Below are positions 24,192-35,879 of a stretch of 64,000 bases of DNA, piece after piece (within the stretch, counting starts at the first letter, position 1; each line of letters begins with the position of its first letter). The notes beneath the pieces are model-generated. The model was given only the letters and a program-made list of their open reading frames with translations. It was not told where the DNA came from and ran no database searches. Source of the DNA: Escherichia coli (GTDB taxonomy: Bacteria > Pseudomonadota > Gammaproteobacteria > Enterobacterales > Enterobacteriaceae); NCBI RefSeq assembly GCF_030384885.1, contig NZ_CP128613.1; one strand, 5' to 3'. A program made the translations under genes and the position numbers.

Positions 24192-26734
24192 GATTTCACC
24201 TGCGACGCGGGAACATATTCGCACTGCGCCACCATCTCAACGGGGCCGTTAAACGCCGTCACTTGTTCCACTGTTCCGTTGTACTTCTCAATTTCCACCA
24301 GCGTGGTATGTGCACTGGTCGCCTGCGCCAGCTGCGAAGTACCGATGTCGATGGTCAACACGTTGGGGTTACCGTATTTACACAGTGCACCAGGCTCGCC
24401 GCCTTTATCTGGATCGTACCATGCCCCTTCGTGAATTCGTGCCACGCCGGGTGCATAGCGGTCAGAAACCACTGCTCCAGCCAACACCTGACCACGAGCG
24501 TTAAAGACGCGCACCACATCACCGTTACGAATACCGCGCGCACTGGCATCCTGCGGGCTAATAAATACTGGCTCTTTACCCGCAACCGTATATTGCTGAC
24601 GCAAAGTTTCCGACTCACATAACTGCGAGTGAAGTCGGAAATCCGGATGCACAGATTGCAGATGCAACGGATACTTCTGCGAGCCGGGCCCGCCGTGGGA
24701 GCGTTCGATTTTCTCGAACCACATCGGATGCCCCTGACAATCGTCGTAGTTCATATCGGCGATGGTTTTTGAGTAGATCTCAATCAGGCCACTCGGCGTG
24801 CCCAGCGGTTCGAGATCCGGATCTTCGCGGAATGCCTGGTGGCGAACAAACATCTGCGGATGGTCAAACTCGACGTACTCTTTCTTATTCCAGAAGTCAT
24901 CAAACGCTGGCAGATGAACGCCGCGTCCTTTGCCCTGTTGTACACCTTCCTGCCAGATGCGTTTCAGCCAGCCCATTTCGTCCAGCCCTTCGGTAAAGGC
25001 TTCTTCGCGATTAAAGCGGCGGCACAGCTCGCGGAAAATATCAAAGTCGTTGCGCGCCTCGAACTGCGGCGGCACGACCTGTTTCATGGCGATAATGCCA
25101 CGGTTGGAGTGGTTGCCATACTGGTCGAGATCGTTACGCTCAAACTGCGTGGTCGCAGGCAGCACGATATCGGCAAAGCGGCAGGTTGAGGTCCACTGGT
25201 TATCTATGGCGATAACCGTTTCCAGCTTGCGCCAGCCTTCAATAATGCGGTTGATCTGCTGATGGCGATGGAACGGGTTCGTTCCGGCAAAAATACACAT
25301 TTTCAGCGGCGGCAGTTTTACCGATTTACCGTTCCAGTTGATCACTTTCCCCGGTTCGAGGATCGCATCGACAAAACGGGCAATCGGAATAGTGCTGCTA
25401 TAGCCTTTGTAGTCGCTGTTGTCGTGAACAGGTGGAATCGACGTAGAGCCGGAGAAACCACTCAGAATAACGCCTTTACGCCCCGGCGTGCCTGCGCCGT
25501 TATAGTGCCAGCCAAAACCGAAGCCACCACCCGGCAGGCCAATTTGCCCCAGCATCGCCGCCAGAACCACAATCATCCACGCCCACTGTTCACCGTGCTG
25601 CATACGCTGTACGCACCAACCAGCAATAATCTGCGTTCTGTTCGCCGCCATCTGCCGCGCCAGTCCACGAATGGTTTCGGCATCAATGCCAGTCAGTTTT
25701 TCAGCCCATGCGGAATCTTTCGGCTGACCGTCTTTCTCGCCCAGCAGATAGGGCAGAAACTGCTCAAAGCCCACGCAGTAGTTAGCGAGGAAGTTTTTGT
25801 CGTACAGGTTTTCGCTGTACAACGTATGCGCCAGCGCCAGTTGCAGCGGCACGTCAGTTTGCGGGTTAACCGCAATGTGCTTCACATGCTCGCGTCCCAG
25901 ATACTCATGAGTGGATGTAACAACCGGATCGATGCTGATGACCTGAATTTCACCGGCGGCGACTTTCGCTTTCAACTGCGCGTAATATTCATAAACATCG
26001 TGATCCGGGCACCACCAGTTCGCTTGCTGGTTTTTCAGCAAATCGGAGCCCCACAGCACAATGGTTTTGCTGTTCTGCAATACCAGCGGCCAGGAGGTTT
26101 GCTGTTCATACACTTCCATTGAGCCAACTACACGCGGCAGGATCACCTGCGCAGCACCGGTGGAGTAATCCCCACCCGTACCAACGCTATTACCATGTAA
26201 GGCAATCGCTTTCGCCAACATCCCCGACGCGTTATGGAACATCCCCGTCGACTGCCAACCACTGGCGGTCAGCAAGGCACTCGGCCCGTGCGTTTTCTGC
26301 ACACGTTCCAGCTCTTCATAGAACATGTCGAGGGCTTCATCCCAGCTCACGCGCACAAATCGGTTATCGCCACGCTGAGATGTGTCGCTCAGATGGCGCT
26401 TACGTAGCCAGTCCACGCGTACCATCGGATAACGAATACGCGCCGCGTTGTGTACGTGATCCGGCAATCCGGCGATCATTTTCGACGGATATTTATCCAG
26501 TTCGAACGGTTTTGCCGCCACAAAGCGACCATCCTTCACCGTCGCGCGGATAGCCCCCCAGTGCGACCCGGTAAGAATGCCCTCTTTCGAGATGACAGCC
26601 TCAGTCGCCGCTTGCGCCGCGGTCGCACGGCGCGGCGTTAACAATGACGGCCCCAGCATCCCGGCGACGGTTAAGCCACCGAGTTGTGCCAGAAAACGCC
26701 GACGTGATGCCTGAAAGAGATCGTTATTGCTCAT
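24188..26734 (-). CDS. torA: Trimethylamine-N-oxide reductase TorA (molybdoenzyme, Tat signal)
   Basis: 848 aa; twin-arginine leader [11 protein letters not shown]. Confidence 0.95.
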   Translation of the reverse strand: MSNNDLFQASRRRFLAQLGGLTVAGMLGPSLLTPRRATAAQAATEAVISKEGILTGSHWGAIRATVKDGRFVAAKPFELDKYPSKMIAGLPDHVHNAARIRYPMVRVDWLRKRHLSDTSQRGDNRFVRVSWDEALDMFYEELERVQKTHGPSALLTASGWQSTGMFHNASGMLAKAIALHGNSVGTGGDYSTGAAQVILPRVVGSMEVYEQQTSWPLVLQNSKTIVLWGSDLLKNQQANWWCPDHDVYEYYAQLKAKVAAGEIQVISIDPVVTSTHEYLGREHVKHIAVNPQTDVPLQLALAHTLYSENLYDKNFLANYCVGFEQFLPYLLGEKDGQPKDSAWAEKLTGIDAETIRGLARQMAANRTQIIAGWCVQRMQHGEQWAWMIVVLAAMLGQIGLPGGGFGFGWHYNGAGTPGRKGVILSGFSGSTSIPPVHDNSDYKGYSSTIPIARFVDAILEPGKVINWNGKSVKLPPLKMCIFAGTNPFHRHQQINRIIEGWRKLETVIAIDNQWTSTCRFADIVLPATTQFERNDLDQYGNHSNRGIIAMKQVVPPQFEARNDFDIFRELCRRFNREEAFTEGLDEMGWLKRIWQEGVQQGKGRGVHLPAFDDFWNKKEYVEFDHPQMFVRHQAFREDPDLEPLGTPSGLIEIYSKTIADMNYDDCQGHPMWFEKIERSHGGPGSQKYPLHLQSVHPDFRLHSQLCESETLRQQYTVAGKEPVFISPQDASARGIRNGDVVRVFNARGQVLAGAVVSDRYAPGVARIHEGAWYDPDKGGEPGALCKYGNPNVLTIDIGTSQLAQATSAHTTLVEIEKYNGTVEQVTAFNGPVEMVAQCEYVPASQVKS

Positions 26735-27906
26735 TATTTTTCTTCCTTCTTATCGCCGTGAGCCTTACCTGCGGTGTCAGACGCATTCATTTGGAGATAT
26801 TTCAACAAGGTGCGTTCTTCACGTTTATCGAGGCTGGTAAAGCCAATCATGCCGTTGAGCGTGCCGATCCAACCGTTAGCGTCAAAGTGAGAGATTTCCG
26901 GTGCGCCGTGGCATTGATTACAGGTGCCGTTGTACAGCGAATCCGCATAAGCCCAGATCGGTTTGATATCGTTCACCATGTCGCCTTTCTTCATCCACGC
27001 GGTGGCCTGCAATTTGCTCCACTCGGTATTGGTGTCGGCTACGGTGGTTTTCTCCAGCGTTTTCACCTGCTGCTGAACATCGCCACGAATCGAGGCAACA
27101 AAGATGCGTTTGCCAGGGAACTGGGTGAGTACACGCTGACGTCCTGCGCTTTCCGTCCAGCCAGTGATTTCAATTTGCAGCCAGTCGCCGTCACGTTTAA
27201 GGACTTTCACTTCCGAAGCAGGCAGCAGAGAACCAGACGCTTCTTTATCGCCTTTCGCCGCATAAATTGGCTTAATATCAATGGAGTACAGCGTATCACC
27301 ACTATCATTTGCACTGGCGCGCAGCTCATCGAATTGCTTACGGAAGCCGCTACTCATATCCGGCAACTGGTGGGCAATACCTTTATGACAGTCGATGCAG
27401 GATTGATTATCTTTCGCTGCCACCTTCATCTGACGTGCCGCTTCAGGATGTTGCTTCGCATGATCCATCGCGTCGTAGTTATGGCAGGAGCGGCAGGTTG
27501 CCGAGTTGTTTTCTTTCATTCGCGCCCATTCACGCTCGGCAAGTTCCGCGCGTTTGGCTTCGAATTTCTCAGGTGTATCAATGGAGTGGGCAATAAAGGT
27601 CTGGTAGATGTCGTTGCTCGCTTCCAGTTTACGCTTCACCATGCCTGGAATATCCGGCGGGATATGGCAGTCATGGCATTCAGCTCGCACGCCGGAGGCG
27701 TTCTGGAAATGCACCGACTGTTTATATTCTTCATACACCGGTTGCATACTGTGGCAACTGACACAAAATTCGGTTGTGCTGGTGACTTTGATCCCCACGT
27801 GAGGTAACACAATCAGCGCAATGCCAATCACAATCCCAATAGCGACCAGCGCCAGTACCGACCAACGAGCACTGGGTCGGCGTAACGCGTTCCAGAGTTT
27901 CCGCAT
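26734..27906 (-). CDS. torC: Pentaheme c-type cytochrome TorC
   Basis: 390 aa from MRKLWNAL; five CxxCH motifs. Confidence 0.93.
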   Translation of the reverse strand: MRKLWNALRRPSARWSVLALVAIGIVIGIALIVLPHVGIKVTSTTEFCVSCHSMQPVYEEYKQSVHFQNASGVRAECHDCHIPPDIPGMVKRKLEASNDIYQTFIAHSIDTPEKFEAKRAELAEREWARMKENNSATCRSCHNYDAMDHAKQHPEAARQMKVAAKDNQSCIDCHKGIAHQLPDMSSGFRKQFDELRASANDSGDTLYSIDIKPIYAAKGDKEASGSLLPASEVKVLKRDGDWLQIEITGWTESAGRQRVLTQFPGKRIFVASIRGDVQQQVKTLEKTTVADTNTEWSKLQATAWMKKGDMVNDIKPIWAYADSLYNGTCNQCHGAPEISHFDANGWIGTLNGMIGFTSLDKREERTLLKYLQMNASDTAGKAHGDKKEEK

Positions 27907-27954
27907 AATAGCCCCTGTAAAATTATGGTTTAGTGAAGCGATCTTAATGAGCAA

Positions 27955-28017
27955 ATATGAACAGCGGCACTGGTCAGGATGAACGGCTTACGGCAGAATA
28001 TGAACAGATATGAACAG
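27955..28017 (-). promoter_or_regulatory. tor boxes (TorR binding decamers) in the torC-torR intergenic region
   Basis: ATATGAACAG (reverse complement of CTGTTCATAT) at 27955-27964, 27998-28007, 28008-28017, plus a degenerate copy at 27977-27986. Confidence 0.75.
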
Positions 28018-28035
28018 AATGAGTAAAACTCTCTG

Positions 28036-28728
28036 ATGCCACATCACATTGTTATTGTTGAAGATGAGCCGGTTACCCAGGCGCGATTACAAACCTACTT
28101 CACTCAGGAGGGGTATACGGTTTCCGTTACGGCGAGCGGTGCCGGGCTGCGTGAAATTATGCAAAACCAGCCAGTGGATTTAATTCTGCTGGATATCAAT
28201 TTGCCCGATGAAAATGGCCTGATGTTAACCCGCGCCCTGCGGGAACGTTCGACGGTGGGTATTATTCTGGTTACCGGACGCAGCGATCGGATTGACCGTA
28301 TTGTTGGGCTGGAAATGGGCGCAGACGATTACGTTACCAAACCGCTGGAACTGCGCGAACTGGTGGTACGGGTGAAAAATCTGCTCTGGCGAATCGACCT
28401 CGCGCGACAAGCTCAACCGCTCACTCAGGACAACTGCTATCGCTTTGCCGGTTATTGCCTGAATGTGTCGCGCCATACGCTGGAGATTGATGGCGAACCG
28501 ATTAAACTAACCCGCGCAGAGTATGAAATGTTGGTGGCATTTGTGACCAATCCGGGCGAAATTCTCAGCCGTGAACGTCTGCTGCGTATGCTTTCTGCGC
28601 GCCGGGTGGAAAACCCCGACCTGCGCACCGTCGATGTGTTAATTCGTCGTTTACGTCATAAACTCAGCGCGGATTTACTGGTGACACAACATGGCGAAGG
28701 TTATTTCTTAGCCGCTGATGTGTGCTGA
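28036..28728 (+). CDS. torR: Response regulator TorR (OmpR family)
   Basis: 230 aa; receiver domain plus winged helix. Confidence 0.95.
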   Translation: MPHHIVIVEDEPVTQARLQTYFTQEGYTVSVTASGAGLREIMQNQPVDLILLDINLPDENGLMLTRALRERSTVGIILVTGRSDRIDRIVGLEMGADDYVTKPLELRELVVRVKNLLWRIDLARQAQPLTQDNCYRFAGYCLNVSRHTLEIDGEPIKLTRAEYEMLVAFVTNPGEILSRERLLRMLSARRVENPDLRTVDVLIRRLRHKLSADLLVTQHGEGYFLAADVC

Positions 28729-29729
28729 TAAAAATAGACCGGACGAAATCCCCCTGGCGACAGCGAGCGGCGGATATGTTCGCGGTCGGCATTTTTCGGC
28801 GTCAGGACTAAAATCGGTGGGCTGACATTATCAGACACCGATTGTCCCTGTAATTGCCTGATCGCTTGCTCAACCGCCAGTTCCCCCTGCCAGACCATTT
28901 GATCGCTGGCAGCCATGATCACTCTTCCCCGCTTCAACCCGCGATACACCTGATGTGAAAGATAAAACGACACCACGGTAAGCGGCGTTTTCAGGTTACG
29001 CCCTTCACCCATTGCCGCCTCTGCCGCAATCGCCGTTCCGGCCACAACGTCGATTTCTGGATGGCGCTCCAACATCTCCTGCAACAGGTTACGCTGGATT
29101 TCAATATCGTTGTCGCCGAGCGCAATATCGACAATACGCACCGGGCTTCCGGCAATGGCGGCGCGGAAACCCTCTACCATCTCCTTACTGCCCCCGGCGT
29201 TATCGGGGCCGGGCATCAACAGCACGTTCAGTGGTTTTCCGTGACTCCATTGCACCAGATATCGCCCTGGTTGATAGCCCATCTGAAACCACGGCACACC
29301 AACGCGGCTTTTCACCTGGGGAGCATCAATAGCATTTACCAGTTCGATCACCGGCAGACTTGCTACCTGCTTTTGCAGGTCGGGAAATGACGTCGTGCTA
29401 CTACCGAGCAAAATGGCCTCTGCACCCCACTGTTTGCACTGGTCGATTTGTGCTTGCTGGGTAGCCAACTGGCTGTAGCCGCCTGCCTCCAGCACTTTTA
29501 AATCCACACCGTAGCGGCGAGCAGCCTCCTGCATACCATAGTTCAACGATAACCAATATGAATCTTTCAGGCTGGGATAAAGCGCGCACAGTTTCCATGA
29601 ACGTTTGGCTTTAAGCGGTGTAGAGGGTTGCACCGAGAAATGCTGCGCATCATGCCAGCGCAACAAGTTATCAGCCGAAAATCCAGGCAACATGAAAAGG
29701 GAAAGAAGTAACAATAGCAGTACGCGCAT
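28701..29729 (-). CDS. torT: Periplasmic TMAO-binding protein TorT
   Basis: 342 aa with signal peptide. Confidence 0.93.
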   Translation of the reverse strand: MRVLLLLLLSLFMLPGFSADNLLRWHDAQHFSVQPSTPLKAKRSWKLCALYPSLKDSYWLSLNYGMQEAARRYGVDLKVLEAGGYSQLATQQAQIDQCKQWGAEAILLGSSTTSFPDLQKQVASLPVIELVNAIDAPQVKSRVGVPWFQMGYQPGRYLVQWSHGKPLNVLLMPGPDNAGGSKEMVEGFRAAIAGSPVRIVDIALGDNDIEIQRNLLQEMLERHPEIDVVAGTAIAAEAAMGEGRNLKTPLTVVSFYLSHQVYRGLKRGRVIMAASDQMVWQGELAVEQAIRQLQGQSVSDNVSPPILVLTPKNADREHIRRSLSPGGFRPVYFYQHTSAAKK

Positions 29730-29811
29730 GATAGCCTCATCAATAATAAGGCTTTATGCTAGATGCATTCCGCTTTGCGACTCAACCTTTTTCACCTTAA
29801 GTACACTGACC

Positions 29812-32556
29812 GTGAATTTAACCCTGACCCGAAGACTCTGGATGGGCTTTGCCCTGATGGCGCTGTTAACCCTGACCAGTACCCTGGTGGGATGGTACAA
29901 CCTGCGCTTTATCAGCCAGGTGGAAAAAGACAATACTCAGGCATTGATTCCTACCATGAATATGGCGCGCCAGTTGAGCGAAGCCAGCGCCTGGGAACTT
30001 TTCGCCGCACAGAACCTGACCAGTGCCGATAACGAAAAGATGTGGCAGGCGCAGGGGCGAATGCTCACCGCACAAAGCCTGAAGATTAACGCATTGCTGC
30101 AAGCGTTACGGGAACAAGGGTTTGACACTACCGCTATTGAACAACAGGAGCAGGAGATCTCCCGTTCGTTACGTCAACAAGGGGAACTGGTGGGGCAGCG
30201 TTTGCAACTGCGCCAGCAACAACAGCAACTCAGCCAGCAGATAGTCGCCGCCGCCGATGAGATCGCACGCCTGGCACAAGGTCAGGCGAATAATGCGGCG
30301 ACCTCTGCCGGAGCGACCCAGGCCGGGATTTACGATTTGATCGAACAACATCAGCGTCAGGCCGCAGAAAACGCACTTGATCGGCTGATTGATATCGATC
30401 TTGAGTACGTTAACCAGATGAATGAACTGCGCCTTAGCGCCCTGCGGGTGCAGCAAATGGTGATGAATCTGGGGCTGAAACAGATCCAGAAAAATGCGCC
30501 AACGCTGGAAAAGCAGCTCAATAATGCGGTGAAAATTCTGCAACGTCGGCAAATACGCATTGAAGATCCCGGTGTTCGTGCACAGGTCGCGACAACGTTA
30601 ACTACCGTTAGCCAATATAGCGATTTGCTGGCGCTGTATCAGCAGGACAGTGAAATCAGCAATCACCTGCAAACTCTCGCCCAAAATAACATCGCCCAGT
30701 TCGCGCAGTTTAGTAGCGAAGTCAGTCAACTGGTCGACACTATTGAGCTGCGTAATCAGCATGGCCTGGCGCATCTGGAAAAAGCCAGTGCACGCGGGCA
30801 ATACAGCCTGTTATTGCTGGGGATAGTTTCTCTTTGCGCACTGATTCTGATCCTCTGGCGCGTGGTTTATCGCTCAGTCACGCGTCCCCTTGCCGAACAA
30901 ACGCAGGCGCTGCAACGACTGCTGGACGGTGATATCAACTCCCCTTTCCCGGAAACCGCTGGCGTGCGGGAGCTGGACACCATCGGGCGGCTGATGGATG
31001 CGTTTCGCAGCAATGTTCATGCGCTTAATCGCCACCGCGAACAGCTGGCGGCGCAGGTAAAAGCGCGCACAGCCGAATTGCAGGAATTGGTGGTCGAACA
31101 TCGACAGGCACGGGCGGAAGCAGAAAAAGCCAGCCAGGCAAAATCGGCGTTTCTGGCGGCAATGAGCCATGAGATCCGCACACCGCTGTACGGTATTCTC
31201 GGCACCGCGCAACTGCTGGCAGATAACCCCGCACTTAATGCCCAGCGTGATGATTTGCGGGCAATTACTGACTCTGGTGAATCGTTGCTGACCATCCTCA
31301 ACGATATTCTCGATTATTCGGCTATCGAAGCAGGCGGCAAGAATGTTTCGGTCAGCGATGAGCCCTTTGAACCGCGCCCGCTGCTGGAAAGTACCCTGCA
31401 ATTAATGAGCGGACGGGTGAAAGGTCGTCCGATTCGCCTAGTAACTGAAATTGCCGACGATGTACCGACTGCGTTAATGGGCGATCCGCGGCGTATTCGT
31501 CAGGTTATAACCAACCTGTTGAGCAACGCCCTGCGTTTCACCGACGAAGGGCACATTATCCTGCGTAGTCGCACTGATGGCGAACAATGGCTGGTCGAAG
31601 TGGAAGACAGCGGCTGCGGTATTGATCCCTCGAAACTGGCTGAAATCTTCCAGCCATTTGTTCAGGTTAGCGGCAAACGCGGCGGCACCGGGCTGGGGCT
31701 GACTATCAGTAGCCGTCTGGCCCAGGCGATGGGCGGCGAACTCAGCGCCACCAGCACGCCGGAGGTTGGAAGCTGTTTTTGTTTACGCTTGCCGTTACGT
31801 ATTGCCACGGCACCCGTGCCAAAAACAGTCAATCAGGCGGTGCATCTGGACGGTTTACGTTTGCTGTTAATTGAAGATAACCCGCTAACCCAGCGAATTA
31901 CCATTGAGATGCTGAACAACAGTGGTGCGCAGTTCGTTGCTGTTGGCAATGCCGCTCACGCGATAGAGACGTTGCAAAATAGCGAACCGTTTGCTGCCGC
32001 ACTGGTGGATTTTGATCTGCCGGATATCGACGGTATTACCCTTGCCCGACAACTGGTACAGCAATATCCGTCACTGGTTTTGATTGGCTTTAGCGCCCAT
32101 GTCATCGACGAAACACTGCGTCAGCGTACCAGTTCACTATTTCGCGGGATTATCCCTAAACCGGTGCCGCGTGAAGTGCTCGGTCAGTTACTGGCGCACT
32201 ATCTCCAACTGCAAACCAGTAACGATCAACCGTTGGATATATCGCAACTCAATGAAGATGCTCAGTTAATGGGAACAAAGAAGATCCACGAATGGCTGGC
32301 ATTATTTAAACAACATGCCCTGCCGCTTCTCGATGACATCGACATTGCCCGCGCCAGTCAGGAAAGCGAGAAAATAAAGCGTGCCGCGCATCAGCTAAAA
32401 AGCAGTTGCTCGAGTCTGGGAATGCGTAGCGCCAGCCAGCTATGCGCACAACTGGAGCAGCAGCCATTATCTGCCCCCCTTCCACACGAAGAAATTACAC
32501 GCAGTGTTGCCGCTCTGGAAGCATGGTTGAATAAGAAAGACCTGAACGCGATTTGA
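29812..32556 (+). CDS. torS: Hybrid sensor kinase TorS
   Basis: 914 aa from GTG at 29812 ([10 protein letters not shown]); HisKA, HATPase, receiver and Hpt regions recognisable. Confidence 0.9.
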   Translation: MNLTLTRRLWMGFALMALLTLTSTLVGWYNLRFISQVEKDNTQALIPTMNMARQLSEASAWELFAAQNLTSADNEKMWQAQGRMLTAQSLKINALLQALREQGFDTTAIEQQEQEISRSLRQQGELVGQRLQLRQQQQQLSQQIVAAADEIARLAQGQANNAATSAGATQAGIYDLIEQHQRQAAENALDRLIDIDLEYVNQMNELRLSALRVQQMVMNLGLKQIQKNAPTLEKQLNNAVKILQRRQIRIEDPGVRAQVATTLTTVSQYSDLLALYQQDSEISNHLQTLAQNNIAQFAQFSSEVSQLVDTIELRNQHGLAHLEKASARGQYSLLLLGIVSLCALILILWRVVYRSVTRPLAEQTQALQRLLDGDINSPFPETAGVRELDTIGRLMDAFRSNVHALNRHREQLAAQVKARTAELQELVVEHRQARAEAEKASQAKSAFLAAMSHEIRTPLYGILGTAQLLADNPALNAQRDDLRAITDSGESLLTILNDILDYSAIEAGGKNVSVSDEPFEPRPLLESTLQLMSGRVKGRPIRLVTEIADDVPTALMGDPRRIRQVITNLLSNALRFTDEGHIILRSRTDGEQWLVEVEDSGCGIDPSKLAEIFQPFVQVSGKRGGTGLGLTISSRLAQAMGGELSATSTPEVGSCFCLRLPLRIATAPVPKTVNQAVHLDGLRLLLIEDNPLTQRITIEMLNNSGAQFVAVGNAAHAIETLQNSEPFAAALVDFDLPDIDGITLARQLVQQYPSLVLIGFSAHVIDETLRQRTSSLFRGIIPKPVPREVLGQLLAHYLQLQTSNDQPLDISQLNEDAQLMGTKKIHEWLALFKQHALPLLDDIDIARASQESEKIKRAAHQLKSSCSSLGMRSASQLCAQLEQQPLSAPLPHEEITRSVAALEAWLNKKDLNAI

Positions 32557-32627
32557 ATCAATATCAGCCAGTTAGGAACAACTAGAATAGTGGCATTTGG
32601 TATGCAACTTAACGGACTGGCAAAATC

Positions 32628-33701
32628 ATGGCAGAGAAAAGAAGAACCCGCTGGCAGCGGCGGCCAGGCACGACGGGCGGCAAATTACCGTGGAATGACT
32701 GGCGCAATGCCACGACCTGGCGTAAAGCGACGCAATTATTACTGTTGGCAATTAATATTTATATTGCCATCACGTTCTGGTATTGGGTGCGCTATTACGA
32801 AACGGCAGGTAGTACGACATTTGTCGCCAGGCCAGGAGGCATCGAAGGCTGGCTACCGATTGCCGGTCTGATGAATCTGAAATATAGCCTTGCAACAGGC
32901 CAGTTACCGTCCGTCCACGCCGCCGCGATGCTGTTATTGGTCGCTTTTATCGTCATCAGTCTATTACTAAAAAAGGCCTTTTGTTCATGGTTATGCCCGG
33001 TTGGTACGCTTTCTGAATTAATCGGCGATCTCGGTAACAAACTGTTTGGTCGGCAATTTGTCCTTCCCCGCTGTCTGGATATTCCTCTGCGCGGCGTGAA
33101 GTATTTGCTGTTGAGTTTTTTTCTCTATATCGCGTTATTGATGCCCGCTCAGGCTATTCACTATTTTATGTTGTCGCCCTACAGCGTGGTGATGGACGTT
33201 AAAATGCTCGATTTCTTTCGTCATATGGGGACCGCGACATTAATCAGCGTGACCGTTTTGCTGATTGTCAGCCTGTTTATTCGCCATGCCTGGTGTCGTT
33301 ATCTTTGCCCATATGGCGCGCTGATGGGCTTGGTTTCGCTATTGTCGCCGTTTAAGATTCGTCGCAATGCCGAAAGTTGTATCGACTGTGGCAAATGCGC
33401 AAAAAATTGCCCATCGCGGATCCCGGTCGATAAATTAATTCAGGTACGAACCGTGGAATGTACCGGTTGTATGACTTGCGTAGAGTCATGTCCGGTAGCC
33501 TCAACATTGACCTTTTCACTGCAAAAACCTGCAGCAAATAAAAAAGCCTTTGCGTTGTCTGGGTGGTTAATGACGCTACTGGTTCTGGGGATTATGTTTG
33601 CGGTAATTGGTTACGCAATTTATGTAGGCGTATGGCAAAGCCCGGTGCCGGAGGAATTGTATCGACGCTTAATTCCACAAGCGCCAATGATTGGTCACTA
33701 A
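32628..33701 (+). CDS. yccM: 4Fe-4S membrane protein YccM
   Basis: 357 aa; cysteine clusters CxxCxxCxxxCP. Confidence 0.9.
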   Translation: MAEKRRTRWQRRPGTTGGKLPWNDWRNATTWRKATQLLLLAINIYIAITFWYWVRYYETAGSTTFVARPGGIEGWLPIAGLMNLKYSLATGQLPSVHAAAMLLLVAFIVISLLLKKAFCSWLCPVGTLSELIGDLGNKLFGRQFVLPRCLDIPLRGVKYLLLSFFLYIALLMPAQAIHYFMLSPYSVVMDVKMLDFFRHMGTATLISVTVLLIVSLFIRHAWCRYLCPYGALMGLVSLLSPFKIRRNAESCIDCGKCAKNCPSRIPVDKLIQVRTVECTGCMTCVESCPVASTLTFSLQKPAANKKAFALSGWLMTLLVLGIMFAVIGYAIYVGVWQSPVPEELYRRLIPQAPMIGH

Positions 33702-33749
33702 ATTAGCAACAAGCGGAACATCACCTCGCACGGGGTGATGTTCACAAAA

Positions 33750-33923
33750 TCACATTATTTTGATTTTGACATCATAGCTTTCAAGCCCAGTCATTTTTTC
33801 TCGTGCGGTGAAGCGAATTTCAGAGACTTCTTTCCCTGTATTCTTGTTCAACTCGGCGATTTTTTGCGCGATAAAGTCGGCGATTTCCGTTTCGGCTTGT
33901 TTTTTTAACTCTTCAATATTCAC
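33750..33923 (-). CDS. gnsA: GnsA (secG null mutant suppressor), 57 aa
   Basis: Manual translation gives (V/M)NIEELKKQAETEIADFIAQKIAELNKNTGKEVSEIRFTAREKMTGLESYDVKIKIM with GTG start and AAGAGG RBS. Confidence 0.8.
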   Translation of the reverse strand: MNIEELKKQAETEIADFIAQKIAELNKNTGKEVSEIRFTAREKMTGLESYDVKIKIM

Positions 33924-34014
33924 TGTTAACCTCTTCTGGTCTTAAAAGACAGCAACACGCCAGTAAGGTGTTGGTTCCCGGTACCCTGGTCAGGTAAGAA
34001 ATGTTATAAGCCAT
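33913..34014 (-). pseudogene. ymcE-like small ORF, apparently lacking the N-terminal part and an ATG start
   Basis: Frame reads ...SWSLFYICLIFFNAVCIVSDNLLIIESLGEMAYNISYLTRVPGTNTLLACCCLLRPEEVNSEY after an in-frame stop at 34117-34119; only ATG is at 34014 (34 aa). Confidence 0.25.
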
Positions 34015-34086
34015 CTCCCCTAAAGATTCAATAATCAACAGGTTATCGCTTACTATACATACAGCGTTGAAGAAAATAAGGCAGAT

Positions 34087-34112
34087 ATAAAAAAGGCTCC
34101 ACGAGGGAGCCT
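34087..34112 (-). terminator. Intrinsic terminator downstream of cspG
   Basis: Hairpin ggctcc-acgag-ggagcc followed by a T-run on the minus strand. Confidence 0.65.
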
Positions 34113-34315
34113 GATCTTATTTTGTGAAATCCAGCGGCGCATGGTCAGTGCGTATTTGCAGCGCGACGTTATCAAAGGTGATCATCGTCGATTTACAAAA
34201 AATACACTTTGCCCCTAAAGGATTTCGCTCCGTCACATCGAATGCCGATGTGCGGTACTGTGAACCATGACAACATGGACAGCGGAAATGGAGATGTTGA
34301 GTAATAACGGCAACC

Positions 34316-34528
34316 TTAGAGCGTAACAACGTTCGCTGCCGCGGGACCACGTTGCCCCTGCTCAATAGAAAATTCAACTTTCTGATTTTCGTTCAGCGTG
34401 CGGAATTCATTGCTCTGGATGGCGGTGAAATGGACGAAAACGTCTTTGCTGCCATCATCAGGAGTGATAAAGCCAAAACCTTTATCTGCGTTAAACCATT
34501 TTACTAAACCAGTCATTTTATTAGACAT
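34316..34528 (-). CDS. cspG: Cold shock protein CspG
   Basis: 70 aa; [12 protein letters not shown] cold-shock domain. Confidence 0.95.
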   Translation of the reverse strand: MSNKMTGLVKWFNADKGFGFITPDDGSKDVFVHFTAIQSNEFRTLNENQKVEFSIEQGQRGPAAANVVTL

Positions 34529-34813
34529 ATTTTACTTCCTTCATTTTGAGCCTTTCGGCAAACAGGGCTTTAATACAGAAACTACTTAGTGTTCAGGAGA
34601 GAGACTCAAAAGAAGGGGATAATGCCTGATAATGAGAACTGCTTTAGTAAACTACTTTGTATGCTGTCTGTCTTTCAAACCGACTCAGCTATTAACGCAT
34701 GATAATTGAGATTAAGCAATTTTTATTTTAGCCGTCCGGCGGTCTTAAATATCGCTGGCTTTATTTTATTAACCCCGTATAGTGCAGCGCAGTATTTTCA
34801 GTAAGGAATTTGT

Positions 34814-35026
34814 TTGCCCCGTAAAATGACAGGAATTGTCAAAACCTTTGATCGCAAAAGCGGCAAAGGATTCATTATCCCCTCCGACGGTCGTAAAGAA
34901 GTCCAGGTCCATATTTCCGCATTCACTCCCCGCGACGCAGAAGTACTTATACCAGGATTACGCGTGGAATTTTGCCGCGTAAATGGCCTACGCGGACCAA
35001 CAGCGGCAAATGTTTATCTCTCTTAA
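34814..35026 (+). CDS. cspH: Cold shock-like protein CspH
   Basis: 70 aa CSD protein divergent from cspG. Confidence 0.9.
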   Translation: MPRKMTGIVKTFDRKSGKGFIIPSDGRKEVQVHISAFTPRDAEVLIPGLRVEFCRVNGLRGPTAANVYLS

Positions 35027-35467
35027 GATGACGCAGCTTGTTTAAAGCTGGCTGTTTTTATTAAAAAAGCTCAATAGTCAATATCGCACATTATAACAAA
35101 AGTTACTTTCACCCCAGAAAACAAATCCATTTGGCCGAATATCTCTGCACCTAATAGTTATAAATGCTACTTAACAGTCAATCATAGTACCGCTTGAAAC
35201 TATATCACCAACAATAGTTAATAGCTTTCTTAACAATTTTCTTATCTTTAATTTATATTTTTCTAAGATTTATCTTGTGCTCACAAGTCGTATTTCCAGA
35301 GGGGAATAGTTAACAATCTTATATTTCCCTCTGCGCGCCTTCCCCACCCGCAGTATATAGTGCTAGCGGTATGCGGAAAGGGAGATTTCACAAGGATGTT
35401 ATACTCAAAGTAGACAATCCTGATCTCAAGCGTACGTATTGTCCATGCGATGAATAAAGGAAAAGTT

Positions 35468-35773
35468 ATGAAACACAAGCTTTCTGCAATCCTTATGGCC
35501 TTCATGTTGACGACGCCAGCTGCGTTTGCTGCACCAGAAGCAGCAAACGGGACCGAGGCAACGACGGGTACTACTGGCACCACAACGACCACTACTGGTG
35601 CCACTACGACTGCTGCTACCACCGGTGGCGTAGCTGCTGGCGCTGTCGGCACGGCGACGGTTGTCGGTGTGGCAACGGCTGTTGGTGTGGCGACTTTGGC
35701 AGTAGTTGCAGCAAATGACAGTGGCGATGGCGGTTCTCATAACACCTCAACCACCACGTCCACTACGCGCTAA
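35468..35773 (+). CDS. gfcA: Threonine-rich inner membrane protein GfcA (group 4 capsule operon)
   Basis: 101 aa from MKHKLSAILM; long T/G/A low-complexity tract. Confidence 0.85.
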   Translation: MKHKLSAILMAFMLTTPAAFAAPEAANGTEATTGTTGTTTTTTGATTTAATTGGVAAGAVGTATVVGVATAVGVATLAVVAANDSGDGGSHNTSTTTSTTR

Positions 35774-35879
35774 TACTGCTTTAACGCGTCAAAATTAAAG
35801 TTAAATGATACCCGGTTGCGATATTCGTACCGGGCTTTAGAGATTTGCATTTTTTTAATTAACCTTTCAAGGATTAAAG

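Noticed and set aside
25262-26122. 286 aa plus-strand ORF inside torA, and 26644-27807 (387 aa) inside torC
   Set aside because: Antisense frames within confidently identified tor genes; arginine-rich composition typical of GC-rich antisense artefacts.
29605-29811. 69 aa N-terminal extension of torS
   Set aside because: The TorS frame matches the known protein from the GTG at 29812 (MNLTLTRR); the extension overlaps the torT coding region on the opposite strand.
34117-34377. 86 aa minus-strand ORF overlapping the 3' end of cspG
   Set aside because: Overlaps cspG in a different frame and runs through the cspG terminator hairpin; no RBS.
35281-35652. 123 aa minus-strand ORF, Pro/Val/Ala-rich, overlapping the gfcA start
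   Set aside because: It is the antisense reading of the Thr/Gly/Ala low-complexity tract of gfcA and extends through the gfcA promoter.
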